Positions 41,680-53,202 of a stretch of DNA of 64,000 nucleotides are shown piece by piece. Positions within the stretch are counted from its first letter, which is position 1, and each line of letters opens with the position of its first letter. The stretch covers positions 97,340,001 through 97,404,000 of the forward strand of contig NW_024704744.1 in NCBI RefSeq assembly GCF_018977255.1, read 5' to 3'. Position numbers and translations under genes: made by a program. The notes beneath the pieces were generated by a model. The model worked only from the letters and a program-made list of their open reading frames with translations, was not told the origin of the DNA and made no database searches. This DNA comes from Callorhinchus milii. Taxonomy: Eukaryota.

Positions 41680-42397
41680 GGTAGACTCCTGTGCCGTAGT
41701 GATTGGCGAGCTCATATCGCAAGTCAGAAGATCCGGGTTTAATTCCCGGGGGAGGGCAAAGCCTCAGGTAGAATTCTAGTGAGTAGGAAGCCGGTCGTTA
41801 GTCAATTGGCGGTTCGTTTTCCGGGGGGTAATAATCCTCCGAAACAAAAAAAAAACGGTCACTCAATCCGCGGCAGCGGGACACTGCTGTGCGCAATCGG
41901 CTGCCAGGTTTATCGGGTATTTTTTTTGACGCAGACGAGGCCGTGGCGTTTCGCCCACGAAATGCGCAGTCACATCTCTCTGCGGTGTGTCGTGTGAAGC
42001 GCTTTGAGACGTCTCGAAGACGTGGCGAGGCGCTGTATCAAATGCGAGGCTTATTACGAAGCAAGAGGACCTGGGTTCAGTTCCCGGGCCGGGCGAAACC
42101 CTTAGGCGATTCCTCGCTTCAGATGCCTGTTTACCTCACAGTAAGCAGGAACCCGGTTGTTAGACGATTAATGAATCGCTTTCCGGGGGGGGTAATAATC
42201 CCTCCCCCCCAAAAAAATAATTTGATCACTGAATCCACGACTGTTTGTGGGGACGCTGCCCTGCGCAACTGACCCCCGCATTTCACCCATAAAATATACG
42301 GTCAGTTCGCTGTACAGTATATCCTGCGAAGCGCTTGAAGACGTCTCGGAATACCGGATAAGGCGCTACATCAAATGCAAAGATTTTTATTATTATT
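41680..42397 (+). mobile_element. Two tandem CORE SINE copies (41680-42055, 42060-42397)
   Basis: Two successive core and tail units. Confidence 0.78.
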
Positions 42398-42717
42398 CTG
42401 TTCATTTATTATAAGTATCGGCCGAAGGCAAATATAAGGCGCGAGAGCAACGTCAGCCCATTTGACGTCTGTGAGACGGGGAAAGGGATGGATGGATGTT
42501 TTAAAAGGGGGCAAAAAATATGGTTTGCGATTGAATAAATGGGAATTATGTTAACAAAGAAGCCTTTTGGTGGAGCAAGTCATGATCTGTGAAAATCCCA
42601 TAGGTCTGCAATCTGAAGTCCCCAAACCTTTGGGACGTCCTCCCGACGTGAAAGGCGCTACGCAAATATAATTTCGTTGTTGTTGCTATCTTTCCTGTAC
42701 TATAACTTTTAAAATAT

Positions 42718-43044
42718 GGAGTCCTGTGGCTCAGTGGTTAGAGCACTCGCTTTGCAAGCGAGAGACCTGAGTTGAATTCCAGGCAGAGGGCGAAACCTTG
42801 GGCAAGTTTCCTTACTCCACACAGAGCCTAATAATAGTCCCTCCAAAACCAAAAACAATAATAAATTGGTCATTTTCAATCCGCGACTGTTTGTGGGACA
42901 TTGCTGTGCGCAATTGGCCGCCGCGTTCGCCCACAAATATACAGTCAATTCACTTTACAGTGTGTTCTGTGAAGCGCTTTGGGACGTCCTCCCGACGTGA
43001 AAAGCGCTATATCAAATGCAAGGATTATTATTATTATTATTATT
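42718..43044 (+). mobile_element. Young CORE SINE subfamily copy A
   Basis: Diagnostic cacacagagcctaataat junction and gggacgtcctcccgacgtg tail. Confidence 0.92.
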
Positions 43045-43601
43045 AAATACCCGGTCTCCACCATCAGATGGAGCTATCACTAGTTTTTAAAGAAAAACTT
43101 GGGATGGCCCTGAGTTATAAACACAGTATTTTTTATGACCCCCCAAACACCCAGAATATTAGCCGCGGTCAGGTTCGGAACCGGCTATTTTTTGTTTGAA
43201 ATAAAAAATACATCTTTTTTTTTTTTCCCCGCCAGCGCTAATCCGCGTTGGATGCGTTGACGAGCGGTTACACCTCGGGGCAGGCATCGGTAATGTTTTT
43301 GTCTCTGGAGTGGCCCTCTCTTCACTGATCGAGAGCAGACGTTCCTTCCTTCCCGCCGTGCGCGAGAGTCGTCTGCTCGCCACCCTCCCCTGCCTCTGAG
43401 CGCGCCGTGGATCGTGCTCCCGCACTCGTGCGCTCGAGGCCAAACGCCGCTTCTCCTGCCCTCCGCAGCACTGCCTTTGCTCGTCGGCCGCCGTGGGCAA
43501 TAATTGGCGGCCGCCTTTTGCCCGGAAAATACGCAACCGCTTCGCTTTCCAGTGTGTTCCCCGAAGCGGGAGACGTCTCGGCGACGGGACGCGGCAACTG
43601 T

Positions 43602-43934
43602 AATAATAATAATAATAATAATAATAATCCTTTCATTTGATATAGCGCTTCTCACGTCGGGAGGACGTCCCAAAGCGCTTCACAGAACACACTGTAAAGC
43701 GAATTGACTGTATATTTGTGGGCGAACGCGGCAGCCAATTGCGCACAGCAATGTCCCACAAACAGTCGTGGATTGAAAATGACCAATTTATTATTGTTTT
43801 GGGTTTTGGAGGGATTATTAGGCTCTGTGTGGAGTAAGGAAACTTGCCCAAGGTTTCGCCCTCTGCCTGGAATTGGACTCGGGTCTCTCGCTCGCAAAGC
43901 GAGTGCTCTAACCACTGAGCTACAGGACTCCACC
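43602..43934 (-). mobile_element. Young CORE SINE subfamily copy B
   Basis: Near-identical reverse complement of copy A. Confidence 0.92.
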
Positions 43935-44055
43935 GTATTCGAGTACGAGGACTAGTACCGTCGCGGTTATCTTCTACGTGTCACTGAGGCGGCCTCTTAT
44001 TTATTTATTTTTTTTCAGGTCGCGTTAGCCCCGCGGTGAGCGGGCGATTTTGAAG

Positions 44056-44185
44056 ATGGATGAGCTGATCGCTGAGCTACAAGAAGAAACGGGAAACTTC
44101 TTAGCTGACGATGAAAGCGCTGAGGTCCGAGGTTTATGTCCCGAGGTTAAGCTTCCGCTCCCAGAGAGCGTGCTGCAATTCCAAA
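44056..44185 (+). CDS. TAF1A: TAF1A coding exon 1 (acceptor gives exon start 44019; ATG at 44056)
   Basis: ttttttcag acceptor, then MDELIAELQEETGNFLADDESAEV...QFQ, an acidic N-terminus like TAF1A. Donor gtacgg; phase 1 matches the next exon. Confidence 0.75.
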
Positions 44186-44820
44186 GTACGGATAACTCGG
44201 GACTCGAAATCATTCTGTTGGTCGCTTTTCGCTCCTGTCGCAATGGGATTAGTTCGTAAGGGGCAATGTTTGATCCAGAACCGTAGCTGCTGCGGGTTTG
44301 GGGAAATCATCCCACCCTGCCTGTAAACTAGTGAAATGTATCGTCCGGCGCAATCCAATCGTGGGGGGAGGAATACGTGTTATACCATATTATACTAATT
44401 ATCAGCTGCTGTTGAACGGTCACCTGAGGAGGGGGTTCTTTACCCACTTTAATTATATTGCGACGCTGCCGACGTGGGCCACTCTGCCTTCTTCGAAGGG
44501 ACGCTCCGCCTGGGCAAAATGTTTCTTCCCAGTTATTTAGATTTTTGGACGGTTCACGTAAAGCAAGTACCGGCCAGGTTCAAGCCGTCCTAAGTATCAA
44601 CCTATCTCGGGAGTCGACTCATTTATTCGGGATGTATTATCGCCGATTCAGCCGATTTAAAAACGCACCTACCAGCCCGTGCGTATTTAGCGGTTCTGCG
44701 GGTATCGGGCGCACACAAGGGGGGAAAGAAAGCACTTGAGGTTAGATTTGGACCGGCTGAAATGCTTTAAAACATTAACTCTTTTATATATTAAAAAAAA
44801 AATACTTCTGCGACCTGCAG

Positions 44821-44993
44821 TTCATAGAAGCACAAAACAGAGGAGCTTCCGGAGGACTGCGAAAGTCTGTCTGGATTACATTCGCGATGCTTTACTTCAG
44901 CACCAGTGGCAGAGAGCGGCAGACCTGATGGTGAACTTATTCGAGATCTTAGAAGATTACGGTGGCAACGCACAGAAGACGACTGCCATTGAG
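44821..44993 (+). CDS. TAF1A: TAF1A coding exon 2
   Basis: ctgcag/gtaaac boundaries. SFRRTAKVCLDYIRDALLQHQWQRAADLM resembles the TAF1A CLSFIQEALLKHQWQQAAEYM motif. Confidence 0.95.
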
Positions 44994-45304
44994 GTAAACG
45001 GTGTCCTAGACCACAGCTCCGCTGGGTGTCAAATAAATGCCATGGTTTGATGAATGGATTGCAACCCACATCCAACCCTGTCCTCGTCTGAAATCCGCAT
45101 GTGCACCATCGTTAATGTTTTTTTTTACACACAGACGTCAGCAGCAGCCACGCTGTTTGATTCTCTTCCTACTCCCCTCCCCGGATTCCTGAAAGCAAAT
45201 ATGGCCTCCAAACTGCTGCACCAGATGAATGAGACCTACAAAATATGGCTTCTGATTTTTATAGCTTGGTGCTATAAGTAGCTCATTCTGTAATTTGATA
45301 CAGG

Positions 45305-45482
45305 CTACATACGTATGTGCGTGTGTGTATATATGTATATATAATATGGATATGGATATGGATATGTATGTATATATAGTATATGTAAGGACATGTATAT
45401 ACATGTGTATATGTGTATATGTATGCATATATATATAATATGTATGTATACATATATATACATATATATGTATGTATATGTG
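45305..45482. repeat. Compound (TA/TG)n microsatellite
   Basis: Directly visible low-complexity tract. Confidence 0.9.
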
Positions 45483-46002
45483 TGGAGTCCTGTATCCCAG
45501 TGGTTAGAGCGCTCGCCTCGCAAGCGAGAGGACCTGGGTTCGATGCCAGGGCAGGGCAAAATGTTGAACAAGTTTCCTTACTGCACACGCCTCTGTTTAC
45601 CCGGCAGTATGTAGGAACCTGGATGTTAGTCCGATTGGCAGATCGCTTTTCCGGGAATAATAATCCTCTCAGGAAACAAAAACAATAATAATTTGGTGAC
45701 TTCAATCCACGGCTGTTTGTGGGGACGCTGCTGTGCACAATTGGCTGCCGCGTTTCGCCCACAAAATATACACTCAATGCTGGAAATCTGAAACAAACAA
45801 AAAAGGAAGACATTTCAGCTGCTCTGGTGCGAAAGGTGGCACCGTCAGAGCAGATGCGGAGGAGGAACTGGGAAAGGGAAATGGAGTCTTTACAGGTGGG
45901 AGGAGGTGCAGTCCAACTAACTGGACCTACCTACGCCTTTCACTTCACAGTATATTCTATGAAGAGCTTTGAGACGTCTAGAAGACGTGATAAGGATTAT
46001 TA
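45482..46002 (+). mobile_element. CORE SINE split by an insertion (about 45735-45935)
   Basis: The SINE tail resumes at cacttcacagtatattct. Confidence 0.8.
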
Positions 46003-46379
46003 TAAATATATATATACATTGGATTTAATTCAGCCTTATTAAGTATGTAAACGGATGCTGAATTTAGTTGCGTACCCCCCCCCCCCCCCCTAATTCGTAT
46101 TAGAACTGGAATTGCAGAAGAACGACCACTTGCATTTACATCATGCCCCTCGCGGACAGCAGGGTCCCGAAGCTCTTCAATTTATCGAAATGATTAACTA
46201 AACGTATCCTTCGTTCCAGGAGTTTTGCTGCAGGGGGCACTGCAGCTCTCTCAACGACACTGTCGAGATTTGTCGTTTCAATTTGTTGTAAGTGTAAGGA
46301 AAGTGCGCTGGCCAGAAAGCCATCCATAAGGAATCAGTTGAAGAATTTAACAGAGGTAGTTGAGGAAGAAATGGTTTAA

Positions 46380-46885
46380 TAACAATTCTTGCATTTGATA
46401 TTATAGTAATAATAATCCGCGCATTTGATACAGCGCTTTTCACGTCTTCTCGACGTCTCAAAGCGCTTCACAGAATGTGCTGTAAAGTGAATTGACTGTA
46501 TATTTGCGGGTGAAACGCGGCTGCCGATTGCACACAGCAGCGTCCCCCACAAACAGTCGTGGATTGAAGTGACCAAATTATTATTTTTTTTCCTTGAGGC
46601 ATTATTATCAGGCGTGTGGAGTAAGGAAACTTGCCCAAGGTTTCACCCCCTGCCGGGAATCGAACCCAGGTCTCTCGCTTGCAAGGCGAGTGCTCTAACC
46701 ACTGACCTGCAGGACTCCATGCCTCCACAATAAAGCGTCTTATCACGTCTTTGAGACGTCTCAAAGCGCTTCACAGCGTGTACTGTACTGTGATGTATTT
46801 TTTGTGGGTGAAACGTAGCAGCCAATTGCACACAGCAGCGTCCCACAAACAGTCATGGATTGAGTGATCAAATTGTTATTATTAT
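46380..46885 (-). mobile_element. CORE SINE (46380-46720) plus a second 3' half (46730-46885)
   Basis: Reverse-complement match to the family. Confidence 0.83.
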
Positions 46886-47154
46886 TTTTGCAGTTGGAAC
46901 ACAGAAAGGTGGGATTAGGAGCAGTTTGTAGTTTTAAAAAAAAAAGTAAAAGAAAAAGAGACAAACACTTGGGCGGCAGAGGTTTTAAGGTGTACCTGGG
47001 AACAATAGCAGGTACTTTGGCCAGTTTTAAAGTCTATAATAATCCCATTATACCTGATCTCATTATAGTTGATTTATTAGCTGAATAACTTGCTGAATTT
47101 GTTGACTGAATCCACCTCCCTGCATTGACTTCCACTGGAAATCTCATGTGACAC

Positions 47155-47508
47155 CTTGGCTCAGTGGAAAGCACCCTCAGTTCTGAGTCCGAAGGTTGTG
47201 GGAACTTGTAGGTTATGCTCGTGCTCCAATACACAGTTGGAGGTGCCATCCTTTCGGAAGAGACATCTGCCTGTTCAGGTGGACGTTAAGATCCCACGGT
47301 GCTATTCGAGAGGAGAGTTTCTCCTGGTATCCTGGCCAACATACGTCGGAGAAAATCCAATTGATGGCTAGTTTGTGGGACATTGCTGTGCACAAATTGC
47401 TGTTAAATTTGCCTGCAAAATACACAAATCACTGCACGCTGCAATAAATCCTAAGAGCTTCAGGACGTCCTCCCAGTTTGAAAGGTGCTGTCATATCAAA
47501 TGCAAGGA
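47155..47508 (+). mobile_element. Deu-domain SINE, directly followed by young SINE copy C
   Basis: Head ttggctcagtgg...ctgagtccgaaggttgtggg; Deu motif ctgcctgttcaggtggacgttaagatcccac. Confidence 0.75.
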
Positions 47509-47509
47509 T

Positions 47510-47835
47510 TGGAGTCCTGTAGCTCAGTGGTTGAGCACTCGCTTTGCAAGTGAGAGACCTGAGTTCAATTCCAGGCAGAGGGCCAAACCTTGGACAAGTT
47601 TCCTTACTCCACACAGAGCCTAATAATAATCCCTCCAAAACCAAAAACAATAATAAATTGGTCATTTTCAATCTACGACTGTTTGTGGGACATTGCTGTG
47701 CGCAATTGGCTGCCGCGTCCGCCCACAAATATACAGTCAATTCACTTTACAGTGTGTTCTGTGAAGCGCTTTGGGACGTCCTCCCGACGTGAAAAGCGCT
47801 ATATCAAATGCAAGGATTATTATTATTATTATTAT
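47510..47835 (+). mobile_element. Young CORE SINE subfamily copy C
   Basis: Same diagnostics as copies A and B. Confidence 0.92.
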
Positions 47836-48333
47836 TGTCATAAAGACCAGCCAAAACTCGCTTCATTTATGACCCTTCCAACACAATGACAAGCAGAGAA
47901 TATTGTGAGTAGAAATGGTTTCCATTTGTTGTGCCAGTTTATGGCATGAGACAAAATGTCCTGTGACCACATCGTTATCTATTTCCTTGTAAAATAATTG
48001 TTAGCCCGCAGAGATTTTCTTCACTATAATGAAGTTCTGAGTGTTGAAGATTAAAGAAGATTAGTTTGGGATATATATATAGGAGATAATTTTTCTTGTG
48101 TGAATCCCACTTGCTGCAGTACAGTAAAACACACATAAATTTGATCTGTATAAACCATAGAATTGCCTAAGCTGCACATCTGCCTAAGTCGCATTGAATT
48201 TTCGATTATTAATAAAGTTTCACATAACTCAGACTTTGCGTGTCATATTAAACGTATGGTCCCAACTGATACGACTTATGTGAGGTTTACTGCATTAATC
48301 AAAAGCTGACTTGATCATTGTCTTCCTCTTAAG

Positions 48334-48447
48334 ATCATTTGGAGACTGGGATCTGAAATCCTGCACAATCATCCCAGGAGCACCGTGGAAGATGTCATTT
48401 CATTTTCTAGCAAAATGAAACTCACTGGAGTGAAAAACTACCTTCAG
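48334..48447 (+). CDS. TAF1A: TAF1A coding exon 3
   Basis: IIWRLGSEILHNHPRSTVEDVISFSSKMKLTGVKNYLQ; ag/gt boundaries; 114 nt, phase 0-0. Confidence 0.95.
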
Positions 48448-48474
48448 GTATCTAATTGTTATCTAACAGCGTCG

Positions 48475-48785
48475 GTGGAGTCCTGTAGCTCAGTGGTTAG
48501 AGCACTCGCCTCACAAGCGAGAGGACCTGGGTTCAATTCTTGGCAGGGCAAAATGTTGGGCAAGTTTCCTTACTCCGCACGCCTCTGTTTACCCGGCAGT
48601 AAGTAAAAACCCGGTTGTTACAGTCGATTGGTGGATCGCTTTTCCGGGAGTAATAATTCCTTCAACAAAAAAATAATAAATTGATCACTTCAATCCACGA
48701 CTGTTTGTGGGGGACGCTGCTGTGCGCAATCGGCTGCCGTGTTTCACCCACATAACACAGTCAATTCACTTTCCAGTATATTCTG
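48475..48785 (+). mobile_element. CORE SINE, 3' truncated
   Basis: Head, core and part of the tail. Confidence 0.85.
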
Positions 48786-50943
48786 GGGGTGGGGTCTGGG
48801 TGAGGTGGGGGTCGGGGCGGGCGATTCTTCAATCGGTTTACAAACATTCAAATTTGCCAATTCCTTCCATGACCGAGAGGGTAAACAACAACAGCAACAT
48901 TCGACTTTGTATAATGCCTTTCACGTCAGGAGGGGACGTCCCAAAGGACGTCTGAAGAAAAACCGCATTGCAGGACTAGGCCATGCGGACCGACCGGAGG
49001 GTGCAGGTTTGTGTCGGGTGATCTGAACCGTGGTTTGCAGTTCTAATTGAACTCGAGATCCTTGTCTTCGGAAGAGGAGAAATCAGCCTGGATTCCCAAT
49101 CCTGTAGCAGGAAATTCCACCTGGGTCTAGATTACAATATTATTATATTTATAATATTATAACAATATATAATATTAATATATTATTAACAAAATTATAA
49201 TAATTATGGAATTTCTCCCTCTGTCCCACCACCCACCACCACCACCACTCCTCCCCCCAATCTCTATCCAGACCCTTCTGCTGGAAATTTTTCCACTGTT
49301 TCCTTTCGGAAAGTTTATAAATCTATAAACTAACACCCATTGAAACGAACACCGAATAGGAAATGTTTGTGCAAAGTCTTGGCTCTTCGCTGCGTCCTAC
49401 CTGACATTGGCATGCGCTGTCGCCGCATCGTTGTGAAATAGAATTTTTTGGGAAAATGGACAACTTTGCTGGATAAAGTTCTGTTTAAGCACCCCGTCCA
49501 GACTGTGCAAAAAGGTACAGTTAAAAAGGGTGGATCTCGCAAGATGTTCTTCTGCAGTGCCGTAAGCAAAACCTGCAAATATGTTAAATATTATATTTCA
49601 CTCTCGTCCTCCTCCAGTAATTTGTCCTGGTCATATAACAGATGGTCGTCGTGTCCTCCTTGACCTCGGTCCCGACAGAGAATGTTGCTGTCCAATAGAA
49701 TAAGAACTGGCAGACAGAAGCGTAGATGGATGGAATGATAAGTTTAGATTGTGCCCAGCTGGATAGAGGAACCGAAGCGAGAACAGGTTGGGTAAATGGA
49801 CAGATGTTGACTGATGCAACACAAGGACAAAAGAACGAGGAGGATGTATTGCTTGAACTGTGGCAAAGTTTGCTTCCCTTCCGCTGCTTGTCTTTTAACA
49901 TTTGCTCGGCTGCATTCTTTGTTTCCCTTTCTCGCGGCTGACAAATGTGGACTGTGAAATTCCTCCCAAGGGTCAGGGTAATCTTACTCAATTTTCCGGA
50001 CAAAGTAGTCGCCTTCTACCTTTCAGATTAGGACTGAGTCCAAGCCTATGGACGTCCGCTCAGCGGTGTGAATTTAACTGAGCCGTTTTGATTTGTCTGT
50101 ATATGTTGGCTCCTACACGTTTCTCTGTGGCTCTCGGTAAGGTGCCTCCTTGGCAAACTGCAAGTCCCAATGACCGTTGTACATGCTGCAGACACACACC
50201 GTCATTGCAAAAAAACAAGTCACGTTTGCTCTAATACCACTTAAGGGCAATGTGCACGAGGTCCACGGTGTGTCTGAGGAAAACATAATTAATACCCCGC
50301 CGTTCATTTTTCTTCTCTTCCCCCCCCCGCCACCCCCCAACTGATGTTCTTCCCTCCTCACCTAAAGATGGAAGGTCTTGGCGTTGGAGTCCACAATAAC
50401 TGAGTGCCGCCCGGCACCTTGATGAAAAGTTCCGGTGCTTTTGCGAACTAAGAAAGTGAGTTGTCAGCAGGCCGTTTAGGGCTGCTGTTGCATCGAAGCC
50501 TGATTCTGTCCACGTACCCTTGCTTTCCATCACGGTGACTTGATAAACGATGGGGTTGGGCTGATTTCAATCGGCCTGCTCATAATTTGCTTGTTCATAA
50601 TCGACACGCTCGTCTGTCTGTCTCATCAAAGGAGACTTTGAGGTGAGGCTGTGTCCTCCACCGCAATAGCCTCGAAGAGGTAATGATTAATAGTTTGTAC
50701 GGGTAATCTCTGCAGACATCTCTTCTCATAAACACATATCCAGTGCTGGTGACTGAAGGGGTTGTGGAAACGTTGAGTAGCTGGTATCACGTGAATGGAT
50801 CTATCTCCATTCGTCTTTAAGTAGGTCTTTTCTGTCAGATAGTAATCCTGACTCGGGCATTCTTCAAAGAGTTGGTGAAGCAGCCTGTATTACTGTCGCT
50901 GAATTTCTTGCTGTGTGTGTTTTTTTTTCCCCTTTTCCTCCAG

Positions 50944-51142
50944 AAATGCTTGGAGCACGTTATTTACCTTTTGTACAACGGCATGTTGAATGAGGCTTAC
51001 TTGGAACTGTCCAATGCCGAAACGTGGCGATATGGAAATATATCGTCGTCTCAGAGTGAACTGATTCCGTTCATTCAGGGCTATAAGGCATTGCTTGATT
51101 ACTGTACATGGAGTAAGAAGTACGAAGAATGTAAAAAGAGAG
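50944..51142 (+). CDS. TAF1A: TAF1A coding exon 4
   Basis: KCLEHVIYLLYNGMLNEAYLELSNAETWRYG...FIQGYKALLDYCTWSKK; strong pyrimidine tract with cag, donor gtaagc. Confidence 0.95.
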
Positions 51143-51530
51143 GTAAGCGACCGTTTTATAACAGTCAATTCACATTACAGTGTATTCTGTGAAGCATTTT
51201 GAGATGTCTCGAAGACGTGATAAGATGCTATACCAAATGCACGGATTATTATCCTTATTTGGGGTTTTACACTCTCGTGCAAAGGAACGGGGCTGAACTT
51301 TCTGCATCTGCTTGTACATAACTGCACTCTTTGTGAGGTTTATGTAAAAACAAATGGATCCCTTCCGCCCTTAAACCATTTCTGCAGACGATGATGATGG
51401 TGGGATTGTACCAGCTATGGGGTTTGAGCGCTTGCACTTGCGGAAAAGAGCAGTTTTGCATTTTTTAATTCAAAAAGACTGAAATAACGTTGCCTAAAGT
51501 TATAACTTTTATTTGTGTTTTTAACAACAG

Positions 51531-51658
51531 AAGAGGGTGAAATGGATATGGGCACAGAACAAGAGATGCACAACTATTTCCGGCAAGCCTCGATCGGACT
51601 AAATCAAACTCTACAACACCCTGGTGTGTGGGACCCCTTTGTTCTGAGTTATGTAAAT
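51531..51658 (+). CDS. TAF1A: TAF1A coding exon 5
   Basis: ...HPGVWDPFVLSYVN, the conserved PGVWDPFV motif; cag/gtaagt. Confidence 0.95.
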
Positions 51659-51923
51659 GTAAGTTCTGTCCGTGCTTTTAGAACAACTGCAGTAAATGCT
51701 TTCGGCTTCTTTTGAGGACAGTTGTTTGCCGATTTGCCAGTTGCTGTGTTATTGTTAACAGAACTAGGGTTTGGAATCAGTATCCTCCTTCCTGACTTAT
51801 CTGCACTGTCCTACCTGTGTTTAAATGAATTAGAAACCCGGTAAATAAAGTACTTATTTTTTTCTCTAATCGTCTTAACTATTGGCAACTTTTCCCTGTT
51901 TTTTTTTTTAATTTTTATTTCAG

Positions 51924-52082
51924 CTACTTGAATTCTATGATGGTTTCGATGAGGCCCTAAAGGTATTAGACAACTACGCTTATGACAGCAAATTCCCCGC
52001 GAACCCAAATGCTCACGTGTACTTGTATGAGTTACTGAAGAAGAATCAGTCCTCGCCCAAAAAAATGATCCGAGTACTGAAG
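51924..52082 (+). CDS. TAF1A: TAF1A coding exon 6
   Basis: LLEFYDGFDEALKVLDNYAYDSKFPANPNAHVYLYELLKK...IRVLK; tttcag/gtaaga. Confidence 0.96.
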
Positions 52083-52089
52083 GTAAGAT

Positions 52090-52457
52090 AGTAATACATC
52101 CTTGCACTTGATGTAGCGCCTTATCACACCTTCGAGACCTCAAAGCGCTGCACAGGATATACTATAAAGTCAATTGGCTATATATTTGTGGGCGAAACGC
52201 AGCAGCCAATTGCCAATCCTACCAACAGTCGTGGATTGAACTGACCAAATTATTTTTATTATTTTGAAGGGATTATTACCCCCCCCCCCCCCGGAAAAGC
52301 TCTCCGCCAATCAACTAACAACCTACTTATTGCTAGATAAACAGAGGCGTGTGGTGTAAGGAAACTTACCCAACATTTCGCCCCCTGCCCGGGAATCGTA
52401 CCCAGGTCTCTCGCTTGCGAGGTGAGTGCTCTAACCACTGAGCTACAGGACTCCACG
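52090..52457 (-). mobile_element. CORE SINE, full length
   Basis: Reverse-complement match; the tail ends a few nt from a TAF1A donor site. Confidence 0.87.
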
Positions 52458-53135
52458 CTTATCTGATGTGACGGCTGCATTTATTTCTCCAGTACTAACT
52501 AACTGGAAGGGTCTCCAGGACGGTGGGGGTGGAGGGGGCAATCACCCCTGATCGAACACATCCCTTCCAACAGAAAAAAGTTTTTCTTTTTACATCGTTT
52601 TACTCCTGGGTTCACCTTGAAGAGCTCTCCATTCTGCAGCTCAAGTTTGTTTTGCTTTTCTTGACATTTTTCGACTTCACAAGATCATGAGAGGTTCAGA
52701 CGAAGAAAGTCCTTAGGCTTATTCAATAATACTAATCCTTGCATTTGATATAGCGCTTTTCAGACGTCTCAAAGCGCTTCACAGGATACGCTGTAAAGTG
52801 AATTGACCGTATATTTGTGGGCAAAACTATTTAGTCTCATCACATCAGAATACCATTCCTGGTGTGCTCCCATTACAGTATCAAACGGTTGGCTCATATG
52901 AGTCCAGGTGTCCGTAGCCTCCCAACGTCTTTTTCCTGGTAATTCTCCTGAAATTGCCCTTTACAACCCTGAACCCTATTCCCTCCTGTTCTGCTGCCTT
53001 GTCTCCGTGTGCAGGTTTACACCCTGTAAAATTCTTTCACACAACTTGCATGTATCAAAGGGCATTGTACTCTTGAGCCCAACAAGTGCTCGTCTAAAAC
53101 ATTGGTAAACTGAACAGTTTCCGTTTGACCACTAG

Positions 53136-53202
53136 ATATTGTCTCAGATGGTTCCCTCTCACGAATTGATGTTGGATTTGAATTCACTCCTCGTGGAATC
53201 TT
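53136..53202 (+). CDS. TAF1A: TAF1A coding exon 7
   Basis: ILSQMVPSHELMLDLNSLLVES (VPSH.LML motif); tag/gtgagt; 67 nt. Confidence 0.93.

Larger units (their letters stand above)
43150..44730 (+). promoter_or_regulatory. CpG island / TAF1A promoter, with a probable non-coding first exon (candidate donor GT at 43290)
   Basis: High CpG density directly upstream of and over the ATG exon. That exon has a splice acceptor, so an upstream exon is required. Confidence 0.7.

Noticed and set aside
42718-42790. tRNA-like cloverleaf heads (Ala-type anticodon arm) at many positions
   Set aside because: Each runs directly into SINE core and tail sequence and lacks a proper acceptor stem; these are SINE heads, not tRNA genes.
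45283-45813. 176-aa ORF rich in Y/I/H
   Set aside because: Antisense SINE plus TA/TG microsatellite.
50745-50780. ctgaaggg...gaaacgtt hammerhead-like string
   Set aside because: Core box is not CUGANGA and there is no stem II pairing.
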